This document shows, one piece after another, positions 1-11,563 of a stretch of DNA of 64,000 nucleotides. The position numbers and the translations under genes were made by a program. The notes below the pieces were generated by a model. That model was given only the letters and a program-made list of their open reading frames with translations, searched no databases and had not been told where the DNA came from. How positions within the stretch are numbered: position 1 is the stretch's first letter; each line of letters begins with the position of its first letter. The DNA is taken from positions 22,959,915 through 23,023,914 of the forward strand of contig OZ316893.1 of assembly GCA_973895155.1 (NCBI GenBank), given 5' to 3'. Source of the DNA: Marsupella aquatica. Taxonomy: Eukaryota > Plantae > Marchantiophyta.

Positions 1-235
1 ACCGCCAGGGTAAGTACCTAGGCTGCGGGGAGTTCAGAGCCTCTTCTTTAGCAAGTTTTTAGTTGCACCAGCAGGGCTGGGATCAAGTAGTAAGAGAAGC
101 TCTCGGTTAGTTATACAGTGACCCTTGTGTATATTCATGTTTCCTCATGCCTAAGAGCTGAATAGAGTTGGCCTCACGGCTTAGTTCACAGAGCTTGTGT
201 ATGAGATGTACTGTTTGTGGCAAGTGCATGGTATA
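1..235 (+). mobile_element. 3' part of a family-B LTR (third copy, cut by the window edge and by a junction at 236)
   Basis: Near-identical to about 36752-36989 and 53723-53960 (taagtacct...gcaagtttttagttgcacca...caagtgcatggtat); the match stops abruptly at 235. Confidence 0.85.
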
Positions 236-1340
236 TGTGAGATGGTACTTATTTCTTAAAGAGAGAAAAGAAGAAAAGTCTTGAAGTTTTTACTGTTTAA
301 ATGTTTATAATCCTACTTTAGAGACATCCAATGCAACTTTGAGACAATTAAGGAAGCTTAACTAGAAATCATTGTGTTCTAAATTTTAGTCGGAAACAAT
401 GAGGCTGGTTCAAAATGACAAAACTGGTTCAATCTCCCTAATCCATTTGGAAGACTTCCCGATGTTTTCAATCCGAGATATTTTTATGAGAGAATGACAT
501 CACACCAAAGATCTGAAGAGTAAAACCATAAGTTTAGAATAGACTCATAGTCTAACCAAGAGACCAAAAGAGGTTGAACCGGCCAGAACCCGGTTGAACC
601 GGAAACTGAACCGGCCTGAACATACCACCCGGTAGTAAATTGACCATAACTCTCAAACCGTTTATCGAAATCAAGATCTGTAAAGTGTGTTGGAAAGCTC
701 TTTCTGAGGCAGTTAAGATATATATATAAAGAAGTCTGAAAATGGATTCGAAATGACCCACTTAATATTATGAGACTCCAACCGGTGCAACCAAGAGATA
801 TCTGAGATTTCCGGACAAAGATTGTAATGAAGATTTTGAAGCGACACTTCCATATAAGACCTTCAAGATAACTCTAGACCAATAGGAAGTATGATCCATG
901 GCAATGGACCTTAACCAATCAAAATGGTTAACTAAGTTTGAAAGGATACTATGAAAAGATGTACCCATTCATTTGAAGATGAAGAGATTCCATCATCATT
1001 CTGATTACTCTTGCACTCCTACATTTTACCTACACGGATGAACCGGATTCTGTAAAAACAGGTTCAACCAGAATTTATATTCAAAAGGAGGTTGAACCGG
1101 AAATTTGATTTCCGCCTTTGTTCCGACCATTTTCCATGTTTTGTAGGAAAGGAAGGAAGTGATATGACCTCCTCTTTCACACAGTATAGTTATTTTTATC
1201 TAGTTAACCTTATTAGTTTTTACATAATGAAAAGGCATGTCTTTTCATCTAGTTTTTCAAGCGGATCTCTCTTATATATAAGGGAGAGATTCTTCCTTGA
1301 ACCTCAGACTTAATATGACTTTCATGAAATTAGCTTTCAA
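236..1340 (+). mobile_element. Probable LTR-type sequence inserted into the family-B LTR
   Basis: Starts TGTGAG exactly where the B match ends; the other LTRs here all start TGTGA. AT-rich with aaccgg repeats and directly upstream of a Gypsy pol. The right boundary is not defined. Confidence 0.35.
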
Positions 1341-1605
1341 CTTTAAGTCTCCTTCTCTTTGAAGTAATAGACAGTGGACTGGAGTCAGCCGATGAGGTAC
1401 GATGGCTAGAATGCCTCGCCGACCAAACCGAAGAAAGTGTCTTTGGACCAGAGGTATCCCCCAGCGGACTATGGCAAGAACCTATGGAGAGTGACTTGGA
1501 GGAGTGTGAAGATGAAACCGAGGACTGCTTTGCCATAGAGTCCACCTTTTTAGCTTCAATTCCGGAGGAAGCACAAGAAGTAAGCCAGTTGGATGAAACG
1601 GCTAA

Positions 1606-3942
1606 GTGGGGAGCTATACCCGAGATGGTGGATTTTCCTCAGGCGTTGTGGTAGAGCCGGCAGGATCCACAACGCCATCTATCATCGGCAAGGAGTTAAA
1701 TACCAAGAGATCGGCATACAAGCCAATTACGAGGGCAGAACAAATTGAGGCCCTATTAGAAGCCGGAAGAGCACAGCGGCCTGACCCTCAGGAGGAAGAG
1801 GCGGATGAGATGCACAGACACAATCCACGGCCGAGGCAGGAATGGAAGCCGACTACCAATTCAAAACCGAATAGACCGGCAAGGGGACAGTCTGTGGACA
1901 CCAAGGGAGAAACCGACTCGGCTAGTACAGCCAAGATTCCAGTTTATGGAGGTATGAGACTGGAAAGGCTGGAAGCCGAGCTGGACCCGAATTTGAAGAA
2001 GCAGATTAATATGATCCAAGCACGGCAATACCGAAAGCTCGACTTAGGAGAAGGAAGGGAACTGAACTTAGGGAGGGACCTAGCACCTGAGCTTGAGAAA
2101 GAGATCAGTGACTTACTGAGTGAATTTCAGGATGTGTTCGCATGGAGTCACCAAGATCTAAAGGGAGTAGACCCAACCTTAGGGGAACATCGAATTGATC
2201 TCATGTTAGGAGCCAAATCATTTCGACAACCAATTCGAAGGATGAATCCTAAGTATTCCCTGATGGTCAAAACGGAAATCGACAAACTAGTGGAAGCCGG
2301 ATTCATCACTCCAGTCCTGCATTCAGACTGGGTGTCTCCAATTGTGATAGTTCCCAAGAAAGCTGGACCCGATGGTAAACCCAAGATCCGGGTTTGTCAG
2401 GATTACAGGAAGCTGAATGAAGCGACGTTAAAAGACCATTTTCCTTTACCCTTTACTGATATGGTACTAGACATGGTAGCCAGTCATGAACTATATTCAT
2501 TCATGGATGGGTACTCTGGTTATAACCAAATCAGGATTAGGCAGGAGGACCAAATCAAGACGGCCTTCATCACGGAATGGGGGATCTATGTCTTCAATCG
2601 TATGCCGTTTGGACTCTGTAACGCACCAGCTATGTTTCAACGATTGATGGTGAACATTTTCCATGATTACTTGAGAAAGTTCATGGAAATCTTCATTGAT
2701 GACTTTGCAGTATTCGGGAAGGCATCGAAATATGCTAAATATCTAAGGAAGACCTTCATGAGATGCAGAGAGGTCGGTCTCAAGTTACACCCAGATAAAT
2801 GTTTCTTTGGGGTAACAGAAGGTGTGCTACTAGGTCACAAGGTATCAAAGAAGGGCATTGAGATTGACAAAGGTAAGCTAGCAGTATGGCTTGACATCAT
2901 GCAACCTAAGAACATAAAGAATGTGAGATCCTTCTTGGGCTGCATTGGGTATTATCGCCGGTTTATTAAAGATTTTGCCAAGCTAGCTTTACCATTAACC
3001 AACATGCTCAAGGCAGGCGTAGACTTTGAACCCACACCAGAAAGAGTAACAGCTGTGGTGGAATTAAAGAAAAAGTTAGTAGAAGCCCCAGTTATGATAG
3101 CACCAGACTGGAACAAGGAATTTCATGTCTTTGTAGATGTCTCAGGCTTCTGTATCGGCTTAGTACTAAGTCAGTTGGATGAGAAAGGGAGGGACCATCC
3201 CATATACTTTGCAAGCCGTCAGCTTGCCAATGCCGAACGGAACTACTCCACCATAGAAAGAGAAGCATTAGGAGTCATTTATTCATGTAAAAAGTTTAGG
3301 CATTATTTGCTAGGGTACAAGGTAATCTTTCATACCGATCATGAAAGTTTGAAGTACCTAGTAAATAAGCCGGACCTTACAGGCAGGGTAGCAAGATGGA
3401 TTTTGCTATTACAGGAGTTTGACTACAAGCTAAAGATCAAACCGGGGAAGCTACATGCCAATGCCGACTTCTTTTCAAGGATCATAGGTGAACCAGCCAC
3501 GGATTGCATCGATGATCAATTTCCCGACGAGGAGCTATTCGTTGTGGAAATAGCTGATACATGGTACCCGAAGATTTTGCAATTTCTCAGCACGTCCAGA
3601 TTACAGCTAGGGCTAACCCGAGAACAAGCCGCAGTCTTTCTGCGGAAGGTCAGACAGTATCAGTACATTACGGGTGTGCTACACAGGTATGGAATCAGCG
3701 GCACTATCCAAAGGTGTTTAGAAAAGGGAGAGGTAAAATGAGTCCTACGGGCTATGCATGGAGAAGAGGCCGAAGGACATTTTGCTCCAGTAACCACGTC
3801 TAAAAAGATATTAAATGCCGGTTACTGGTGGCCCACCTTGCACAAGGATGTCTATCAGTTTATCAAAAAGTGTGATCCTTGTCAGCAAGCAGGAGGACCA
3901 AGGGCGTCTACAAGACATCCACTGCACCCTATTCTACCTCTG
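1606..3942 (+). pseudogene. Ty3/Gypsy pol fragment: RT, RNase H and the start of integrase
   Basis: RT motifs (WVSPIVIVPKK, RVCQDYRKLN, MPFGLCNAP, FIDDF), RNase H (VDVSG, EREAL, HTDH) and integrase HHCC (H..GHF..CDPCQ). In-frame TGA at 3739-3741; cut at 3943 by a family-A insertion. Confidence 0.93.
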
Positions 3943-6643
3943 TGTCACATCGTCGGCTTCGGCCTTAACTCGGGCTTTGGCTTAGACGGGCACATCCTTC
4001 GTAACAATGAGGGTTCGGTAGGGAGGGAAGCACGTAATGCACCTAATTCGTGTAAACTAGCGCTAAGTGCGCCTACTGTTAGATACGGACACATCCTAGG
4101 TATGGTTTGTGTTCCGCCGCCGGAACGTACCTTAGTCGATAGTAGGATCGACCCCAACTTAAGGGCTTCTAAACCTTTGTGCTGTCCGCCTTCGATCCGG
4201 ATTCGATGATACAGGTCCTCAACCCGGGCTCGCAACCACTTACCCGCAAGCTGCACCCCGTGCACGACTCGGGTAGTGCGTTCGGCCCAGCGTTGCCGCC
4301 TATACACGAGATTCACACTTACACATCCACGCACAAGCATACAATCTCGATTTACACGAAGGAAATAGTGGGAAAGGATTTTACTACAAAGGGGACATGC
4401 GTACACTTGATTGACCCGACAGCCCTAGAGTGAACAGGTTCAAGGCCGAGGGTGTACACTACAACGGAGCCCGGCTCCGCACTCGCCCAGTGAGCTTAGT
4501 CCTACCCCCTCCCCTTGATACTCTTCCACTCCTAGAGGTCGGGACTCCTCGCACATACCGCGGATGTCCAAGTTGAGACTAAAAACCCCCCTGCCTCTAC
4601 CGAGGGGTGCACTAAATACTAAGGGCCGAGGAACGGGGTGGCCTCCCGTCCGAAGATTCGCTGACAAGGTCCTAACTAAGCTGACTATCAGACCGAAAAA
4701 TGGCTGTCTTATTAGAAGATCCTAATCTATGCAGGCTGGACAGCATGGCAGTGCTGCCGTAACTAAGGCAGGTGCCTGTCCCAATAGCCTGACTTAGCTA
4801 TTCCTAACCCTATTCTATTCCTACTCCGCCGCTAATGTCTGGCACGCTTGCCAGAGCCGCCCGAGTGGGAGCGGTCATCCCGCTGCTTGCGAAGTCTGTC
4901 GTTGTTTGACTTGAGGAGCCGGACTTGGTCTAGCAGAGATTCGTTCTCTCGCTTTGCCAAGTCTGTCTCCTCCGCTGCCTCCTGGCATGCCTCCTCCAGC
5001 TGTTGGGCGTCGCTCGTCAACTTGCCCACCAACTGGTCCTGCTTCTCGGCTTCAGTTTGAAGCCGTGCTACTTTGGCTTGTAGCGTGGCTATCTCCGCAG
5101 TGTCCCGCTGGGCCCGTTCTTCGGCCTCTTCCAGGTCTTTCTGCTAGATGACAGTTTGATTCTTCAAACTGTCAATCTAGGACCGGAGCCGTGAAATCTC
5201 AGCCTCATTCCCAGCCTTGGCCTGTTCGGCTAGGGCGGTAAGGGTGTGCGCCTTTGCTAACAACTCATCGGCGGCTGCAACCTTGCGTTGAAGTTGTAGA
5301 AGCTTAGCCTCTTGAGCCGCCACTTCGTCCTTTAAGTATACGGACTCCACCTGGTACCGCTCTATCCTCTGAAGGGCCTCTGACTGGGCCCGACCTGCCT
5401 TTACTGCGGCAACTAACTCCTGATTGAAGAAACAGGCTACCTTCCGGGCCATGAACTCCCCGGTATCCCGGGCAATCTGTTGAGAGAAATCTCCCAAAAG
5501 CCCGTTCAGAAATGTACCTGGTACGAAGAGTTCTGGGTGGTCCAGGTTGTGTCTGTCCGGATTTGGGCACGGGCAGACGTCAACACGTGCGGGGGCCGGG
5601 GTAGTGACATCTAGCCCTGGAGACGTAGTGTTGGAAGGGGCTGGAGTTTCCTCCTCCAGCAACGTTCGGTCCTCCGGAATAACCCCCAGTGGATCTTCGG
5701 GAAACCCGGGCTCGGGTAAGGCCTCCGCGGTCCCGACTTCTGTACTTGGCCCGGCCTGGTTGATCGTATCTATGGCTGGGATTACCGACTCATCCGGTAC
5801 CTCCTCGGCCACGGCTACAGCTACTTGAGGGGGTGGGGTGGGTGAAGCATGCGTGGCCGTTGGACTTCGGGCCTCGGGTTGGGGCCGTCTCTCCAAGGCC
5901 GGGAAAACCCACCTAGCTGGAACCAATTTAGTTACGTTGACATAGGGAAGGGTTCGTCGATCAAACCGGGCGTACCACTCAAGAATGATCTCGATGTGGC
6001 TTGCAAAATATGCCTTCCCGCCGATGTATAACGTCTTTCTTTGCCGCTCCATCTCTTCATGGAATTTCTTAGCGAAGTACGATGCCCACCTCCTAGGTCG
6101 ATAGTTCTCGACCTGGATAACCTGGGCAGCGGAGATCTCACCCCGGGGTTCCATCATGTGGAGGGCGTACCGTTGGAACTCCAATCGCTCAGCTATCTTG
6201 GGGATGAGGCAAGTCCTCATCACGAACCCGTTGTCCACTGCCCCTTCGGAGGGAAAACCTGAGGATTGGTACTTGGCTCCCTTGCCCCCAGGAGCCGGTG
6301 ATTCGACGCGGTAGTCACCTTCGGGTAACCCAAAGATCATCTTGAGCCTTTCTTCCGTGAGGGATATATTCCTTCCCCGTAGCCGAGTTTGTTGACGGGC
6401 ATCGTCATAATTCTTCACAAATTCCGTCATATCACCTCGGGTAATGGTCTTTTCGGGTCACGTCGTTCAGCTTACGATAGTCCTGACAGATCCGGATTTT
6501 AGGTTTTCCATCCGTACCTCCCTGTTTTGGTACAATGACAATGGGAGAGACCCAGTCGCTGGCCATTACCGGGTAGATGATATCTGCGGCGAGAAGACGG
6601 TCAATTTCCTCCTTCACTAAGATGGAGTACCTCGGGTCCATGG
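3943..6643 (-). mobile_element. Internally deleted family-A Gypsy copy (partial LTR fused to an RT fragment)
   Basis: Starts TGTCAC like 22459 and 32466. Collinear with 22459-24958 up to about 6436, then jumps to RT sequence matching 28832-29035. Confidence 0.9.
4832..6430 (-). pseudogene. C-terminal two-thirds of the family-A LTR-encoded protein
   Basis: ORFs 5177-6430 and 4832-5032 are near-identical to the 23354-25669 protein; in-frame stops at about 5177 and 5145. Confidence 0.85.
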
Positions 6644-7870
6644 ATCCCACTTGGTATTTGACCCATGGAATTTGGTACTGAAGGAGACGAAATAGGCAAT
6701 TCGCGTTCACCGTTTCTCAACATTCAAGTAGGGAATACCAAGTGGGATCCACGGATCCCACTTGGTATTCGACCCACCAAATTTGGCTTCGAGGCTGCCC
6801 CTCCCTGCAATTCTGGCACATTTGGACTCCTCATTCGCTCAAACTGTGATTGAACACTAGACACAGCTATCTTCACTCCTGGAGAATGAGCCATTGGAAA
6901 AACCAATGGAGATCTTCGGGCGGGCCTACATAGTAACGTTGTTCTTGGCATTAAAAACCGGGGCCTTCGTCTTCAAAGATCTGTCGGGGTTCGCGGAGAA
7001 CTAGGTGTCTCTATCGTAGGAACTACATTAGGCTTTTTTACAAGTAGACGTCGTTTAAGAGGTTTACTTGGAGAGACATAGTATGAAATTGGAGCACCCA
7101 CAATACTCCTACAAGACTCTGAATCAGACTCTGATTTCTCAGATTCTGAGGAAAATGAAATCTCTGGCACTACTCTCTGTGAGGCTGGTAATTCATTCAT
7201 CAAACGAGATGGAATAAATTTTTGACAACATCTAGCAAAGATGCATCTGAACTGTAAATTGACTCATCACTTGAAGACGCCATAGAGAAGCAAACAAGGG
7301 TTGTATAGGAGTACGTATTCCTATCCAACAGAGATAATTCAGATTATAGTATTCTATGAAAACAACTACTCAGTACTGAACGAACCTCAAAGTAATCGCG
7401 AGAAATGAAGATGAAAAGCAGATGCGAGCTCTTCCTTTTATAGTTTTCGGGGGGATTGTACACGTGGCATTCCCTCATTGGTCCGTACGAGGGTTTTTTA
7501 AAGTGAGAGTCTGTCTTTTCAAGGAATGCTGAAATTTAAATTGCAGATTTTTGAGGAAGTTGCTGTGGATCCCAGTTGGTCTTCAAACTAGAATATCAAG
7601 GTATGCGATGCAAAAACTTCAAAATGTAGAGGTTGAATACTAGATGGGATGGATCCCATCTGGTATTCATCCTCCTGTTTTCCCGATGAGTTTTTGGACT
7701 TGCAAAAAAAATGGGATCCATGGATCTCAGTTGGTATTCATGTCGAAAGATCTCCTGATGCAAAGTTGCAGGTGGAAAACATTGAGGTTGAATACGGTAG
7801 TGGATACTTGGATCCCGTCTCGTATTCATCATGCGTTATGGGTCTCGTATTCATGGTTATGCGTCTCGTA
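6642..7870. repeat. Dispersed palindromic GGATCCCAxTTGGTATTC units
   Basis: Perfect 18-bp inverted pair at 6733-6770 (gaataccaagtgggatcc-ac-ggatcccacttggtattc); related units near 6642, 7567, 7636-7668, 7708-7739 and 7790-7827. Confidence 0.7.
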
Positions 7871-9060
7871 TTCATCATCTTTGGAAATATCATGCGTTAT
7901 CATCATCGGGTTAACTTAACTAACTGGTGGGTCGACTGTAGTCCGCGGTCAGTTTTTCACAGTTTTTGGTTTTACCGCAGTTAAAAATTCAAATATTTTA
8001 AACTTGAGGTTAAATGGAAGCGTCAAGAGAATGATTTGGTGCGGTTTTCATCCACGTTCAACGGTTGAATCCGAAATGGGATACGTCGTATCCCATTTTC
8101 AGTTTGCCATTTTGATGGTGAAAATGAAATCTTGTGTTTTCCTCGTTTTGTTTGACGCTCGAATTTAGCTTTTAGAAGGATCACGTGAAAAGCATTGTTT
8201 TTCTAGGTTTTGGAATTTACTCTTTTTTTAGATGAAGTGTCTCGGAATTTTGGATTGTAACAATTCTTTGTTTTTGTGTCGACAGTATCTCGATTTGAAA
8301 TCCGATGTTGGATGCAATTTTGGATTCATCCTCAAAATAATGTTTTTGATCTTAATTTTAGTGATTTTTTGCCATTTTTCGCGAAATCGAAAACACACTT
8401 CTCGTTTGGTGGTCATACTTCTTGTTTGGTCGGTCACTGTGTTTGTTACGCTTTGGACTCTTTTTTTCAGACATTGTGGTTCATCGTGGGTTTTAGGTTT
8501 TGGTAAAAGTTGTGAGGAGAGGATCATCCAGCATTGTGAAGTGTTCAGTAATTTCACTGGAGACAGCAAAACTCTGTAATGGCTGTGGTGATGGCAGCTG
8601 CATGCCCAAAAGATAAGTGATCAAACACCAAAGCGGACTGCAGGGGGAGCAGAAAACAAAATCCAGCTGTCATATGTTTAATTCAGGCATTTTTTGGCAC
8701 TCTTGAGCAAAAGCTGAAAGAGTGAAAAAAAAGTTGTCCAAAGGGGCAATTTATCATGTGTGATTGGGGGGGGGGACCAAGAGAGGTATGGAGTAAGTTG
8801 CTAGGAGGTACATCATGGAGAGATGTTGTGGGGGCTTTGAATTTTTGCTTGGGTTTTTTTCTATAACTCTTTAGTTTTGCTTTCTCCTCTCTTCTTTTCA
8901 TCGTGTTGGAGGGAAAGGGGGGAGGGGGGGTATATTTTGGTTTCTATGTCTATTTGGGGGGTGGGGTGAATTGATGGGGCCAACTTGAATCCCTGTGCGC
9001 CCCTCCCACATTAATGCCTGTGTTTTGGAGGTTGGCTTGACATGAGAGATAACCAACAAG

Positions 9061-9391
9061 TGGCATGATTAGTTCCACAAAGTTCACTGCACTGGCTATA
9101 GTAAACAACCTCTTGTTTAATAAAAATGGAAGTCTGATTCAAACGACCAGGTACAACATCACATTTTACACCTAAGGAAGGTACAGCCCAACTATGAAGT
9201 ACATCGATGGAAGTAATAATCATACATAGATGAGTTTTTGCTGGTACAACCATCCAATTGTCCACTTCTAATAAATGTAATTGACCCAATTCTAGATCAT
9301 CCTTTGGAATCATATAACTGTCAAAAGTTAGTGGCTGTTCATCAGAACTGTTATATATAGTCTGAATACTCATAGGTCCAATACCATTGAT
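9061..9391 (-). pseudogene. cox2: Nuclear insertion (NUMT) of a plant mitochondrial cytochrome c oxidase subunit 2 fragment
   Basis: Translates [10 protein letters not shown] / [14 protein letters not shown]...LLEVDN...[24 protein letters not shown]...[11 protein letters not shown], including the CuA ligands. It has a frameshift near 9355 and substitutions at conserved sites. Confidence 0.92.
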
Positions 9392-10739
9392 CTACAGTTA
9401 ATCTAGACCCCAAAATTGTCTAAGTATGGAAGGAATCAAATATCTTTTACTCTTGACTTGACTGTTTTCCCTTGTTGCAACTTTCAAAAGTTGTCTAAGT
9501 GTGAAAAAAAGACACCATGAAGTCAATCATGACGGGAAAATTTTGCTAGTGTGCAAGAACTAGATTAAATGTTGTACAAACCCACGATCATGTAGCGGTG
9601 GATCCTTGAAGACTCTTTAATCATGTGAAATCATAATCCATTATGCCTTCAAGAATAGACGTACTCTATAATCATGTGAAGACAAGCATAGACAAATAAG
9701 CAGTAGACTGTGACCCAACATGCGATGGATTGCAATGAGAAATGTATGGTGTAAGGTACCGCAGAAGAACTAAGATGTGACATACGGAACCTATGTAGGG
9801 GGCCTAGTTAATAAGGGGCCTAGTTAATAACACTGTTTTTGTGGGGGGCTTAGTTAATAAGAACATTTTTGTGGGGGGCCTAGTTTGTAACAAAATTTTA
9901 GACGGGGCCTCTCCCCATAAATCATATACGTTGAGCTTAATGCAAATGCGTCTTGTTGCTCTTCCTAGGTCCTTGTTTTGAATGGGGAGGTTTGATTCTA
10001 GTCAACTGGCTCTCTAAGTGTCCGGCCACTGCACCCCAATCTCCCTGCAGCTTCCCTCTTGTCTTTTGTCGGGACTTTTCTCCAGGCTACCGCTGCCATC
10101 CACTTCAGTTTTGCCCAACAGATTTTGGATGCAGCTGTCCAGTTTAATTGTTCATGGACATCTCTTCCACTAGATTGATGTTACGTACATTTGTTGCTGT
10201 CACTTGTCCTCTCAAAATGAGCCCAGACAAGTTATTCCTGAAAATGAACATTTTATGGAAATTTTATGAATTTATTCCTCTCATAATTTTGTTGCTGTCA
10301 ATTATTCCTTTGTTCACTATTAATCTAGATCGCGACTAAGCTTAGCTGATTCTTGATTGAACAAAGCTCTTCAATTCCACTTGGTTGCTTGCATTTCCGA
10401 GTTGCCCATCAATGCTACTATTGTATTTTCATTTAACTGGCTTAGTTAGCTACATGCCTAGCAATTGGTTGATTCAAACTACAGCAAATGGCCTGTGGCC
10501 CCGTTGGTTGTCGTTGGCCATAGCAAGGCTTTGCAGGGCTCGACAACGAGCTAGGAATAGATTGGGTTGACTGCATTCCGAGTCTATGAAGCTTCTTTTG
10601 GCTTCATATTAAGCTCTCAAATCACTTACCTGCATCGACGCGCAAGTATTGAATACTTTTGTCTGACTGATCTCCTCTTTCAGCAAGTCAGTGCAAGTGT
10701 ATTTTGAATCAAGATTTCCCATCACGCTCTTTGAAAACT

Positions 10740-10945
10740 TTTTGACCGGGTACATTGCTCTCATCTCAGTGGCTTCATCGACAGCTCAGTCTTCCTATTT
10801 CTCAGGGCAGATTTGGGCTTACTTCCATTGAGCGTCTTGCACCTTTGGCCTTTTTGGGCGCGTGGGCAGCCGCCTTCTCATTGATGGCAGATCGATTTTT
10901 ACTGAGGATCGACCTTTTTTACTCTCGTCTCTCATGGAGGTAGAG
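10740..10945 (+). pseudogene. Non-LTR retrotransposon (CRE/R2-group-like) RT C-terminal fragment
   Basis: RQLSLPISQGRFGLTSIERLAPLAFLGAW resembles the LPxxxGGxG motif that follows RT in LINEs; it lies on the same strand as the RLE fragment at 15556. Confidence 0.55.
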
Positions 10946-11563
10946 GAGGGTTGTGGCATCACAAGTCAAGAAGGAGGTTGTGGCATCACAAGGCCACAAC
11001 TGTCCATCTTCTTCGGTGTAGTTTGGGCGGCGAAACCATTTTTGTTCACGATGTTGTGAGAGATGTGTGATACCATGGTTATAACTAAGGAAATTAAAAA
11101 GAAAAATTTGAAAATTTGAGTGTACTGAGATCGGAAAGGACCATAAAAAGTAAATTGTAGTATGAAATCTGGAAATATCCGGATAGCACCCTTTTTGGAA
11201 CTTGAAAGTAACGGCACCATTGAGCCATGAGAGAAGGCATGGGAGAATGAATATTAAAACCATAAGTCTGACATCCGACCAGAGACCGGAAGTTGGCAAC
11301 CGAGTTCTTAAGACCAAGCCAGACCGAGCATTCCTCACACCACCAAACTGCTGCGGAAATCTTTCGTGAGAAGTCACAAGAGTGAATAGAGCCGGACGAG
11401 GCTACTGATTTGAGGCATTAGGCATGAGGAACTGGTTACGAGGGAAGTGGGTGATCGTTTGATTGAGTGGGGAAGTGATGATTTGATTCCAATTTCTGGA
11501 TTTGAGATTTCCGGACTTTTGTGAAGGGATTTTAATTTGGTTTCTTTCTCTTCCTCGTTCATC

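Noticed and set aside
3754-4209. 151-aa ORF as a novel integrase fusion
   Set aside because: It is read-through from the integrase fragment into the antisense strand of the family-A LTR at the 3943 junction.
6642-7870. CRISPR-like palindromic repeats
   Set aside because: Spacing is irregular, the units are degenerate, there are no cas genes and the context is eukaryotic.
9011-9373. Functional nuclear cox2
   Set aside because: It is a fragment with a frameshift, no transmembrane helices and no targeting sequence.
9797-9912. ggggcctagttaataa short repeats
   Set aside because: Three or four copies with no definable TIR or TSD; too little to call an element.
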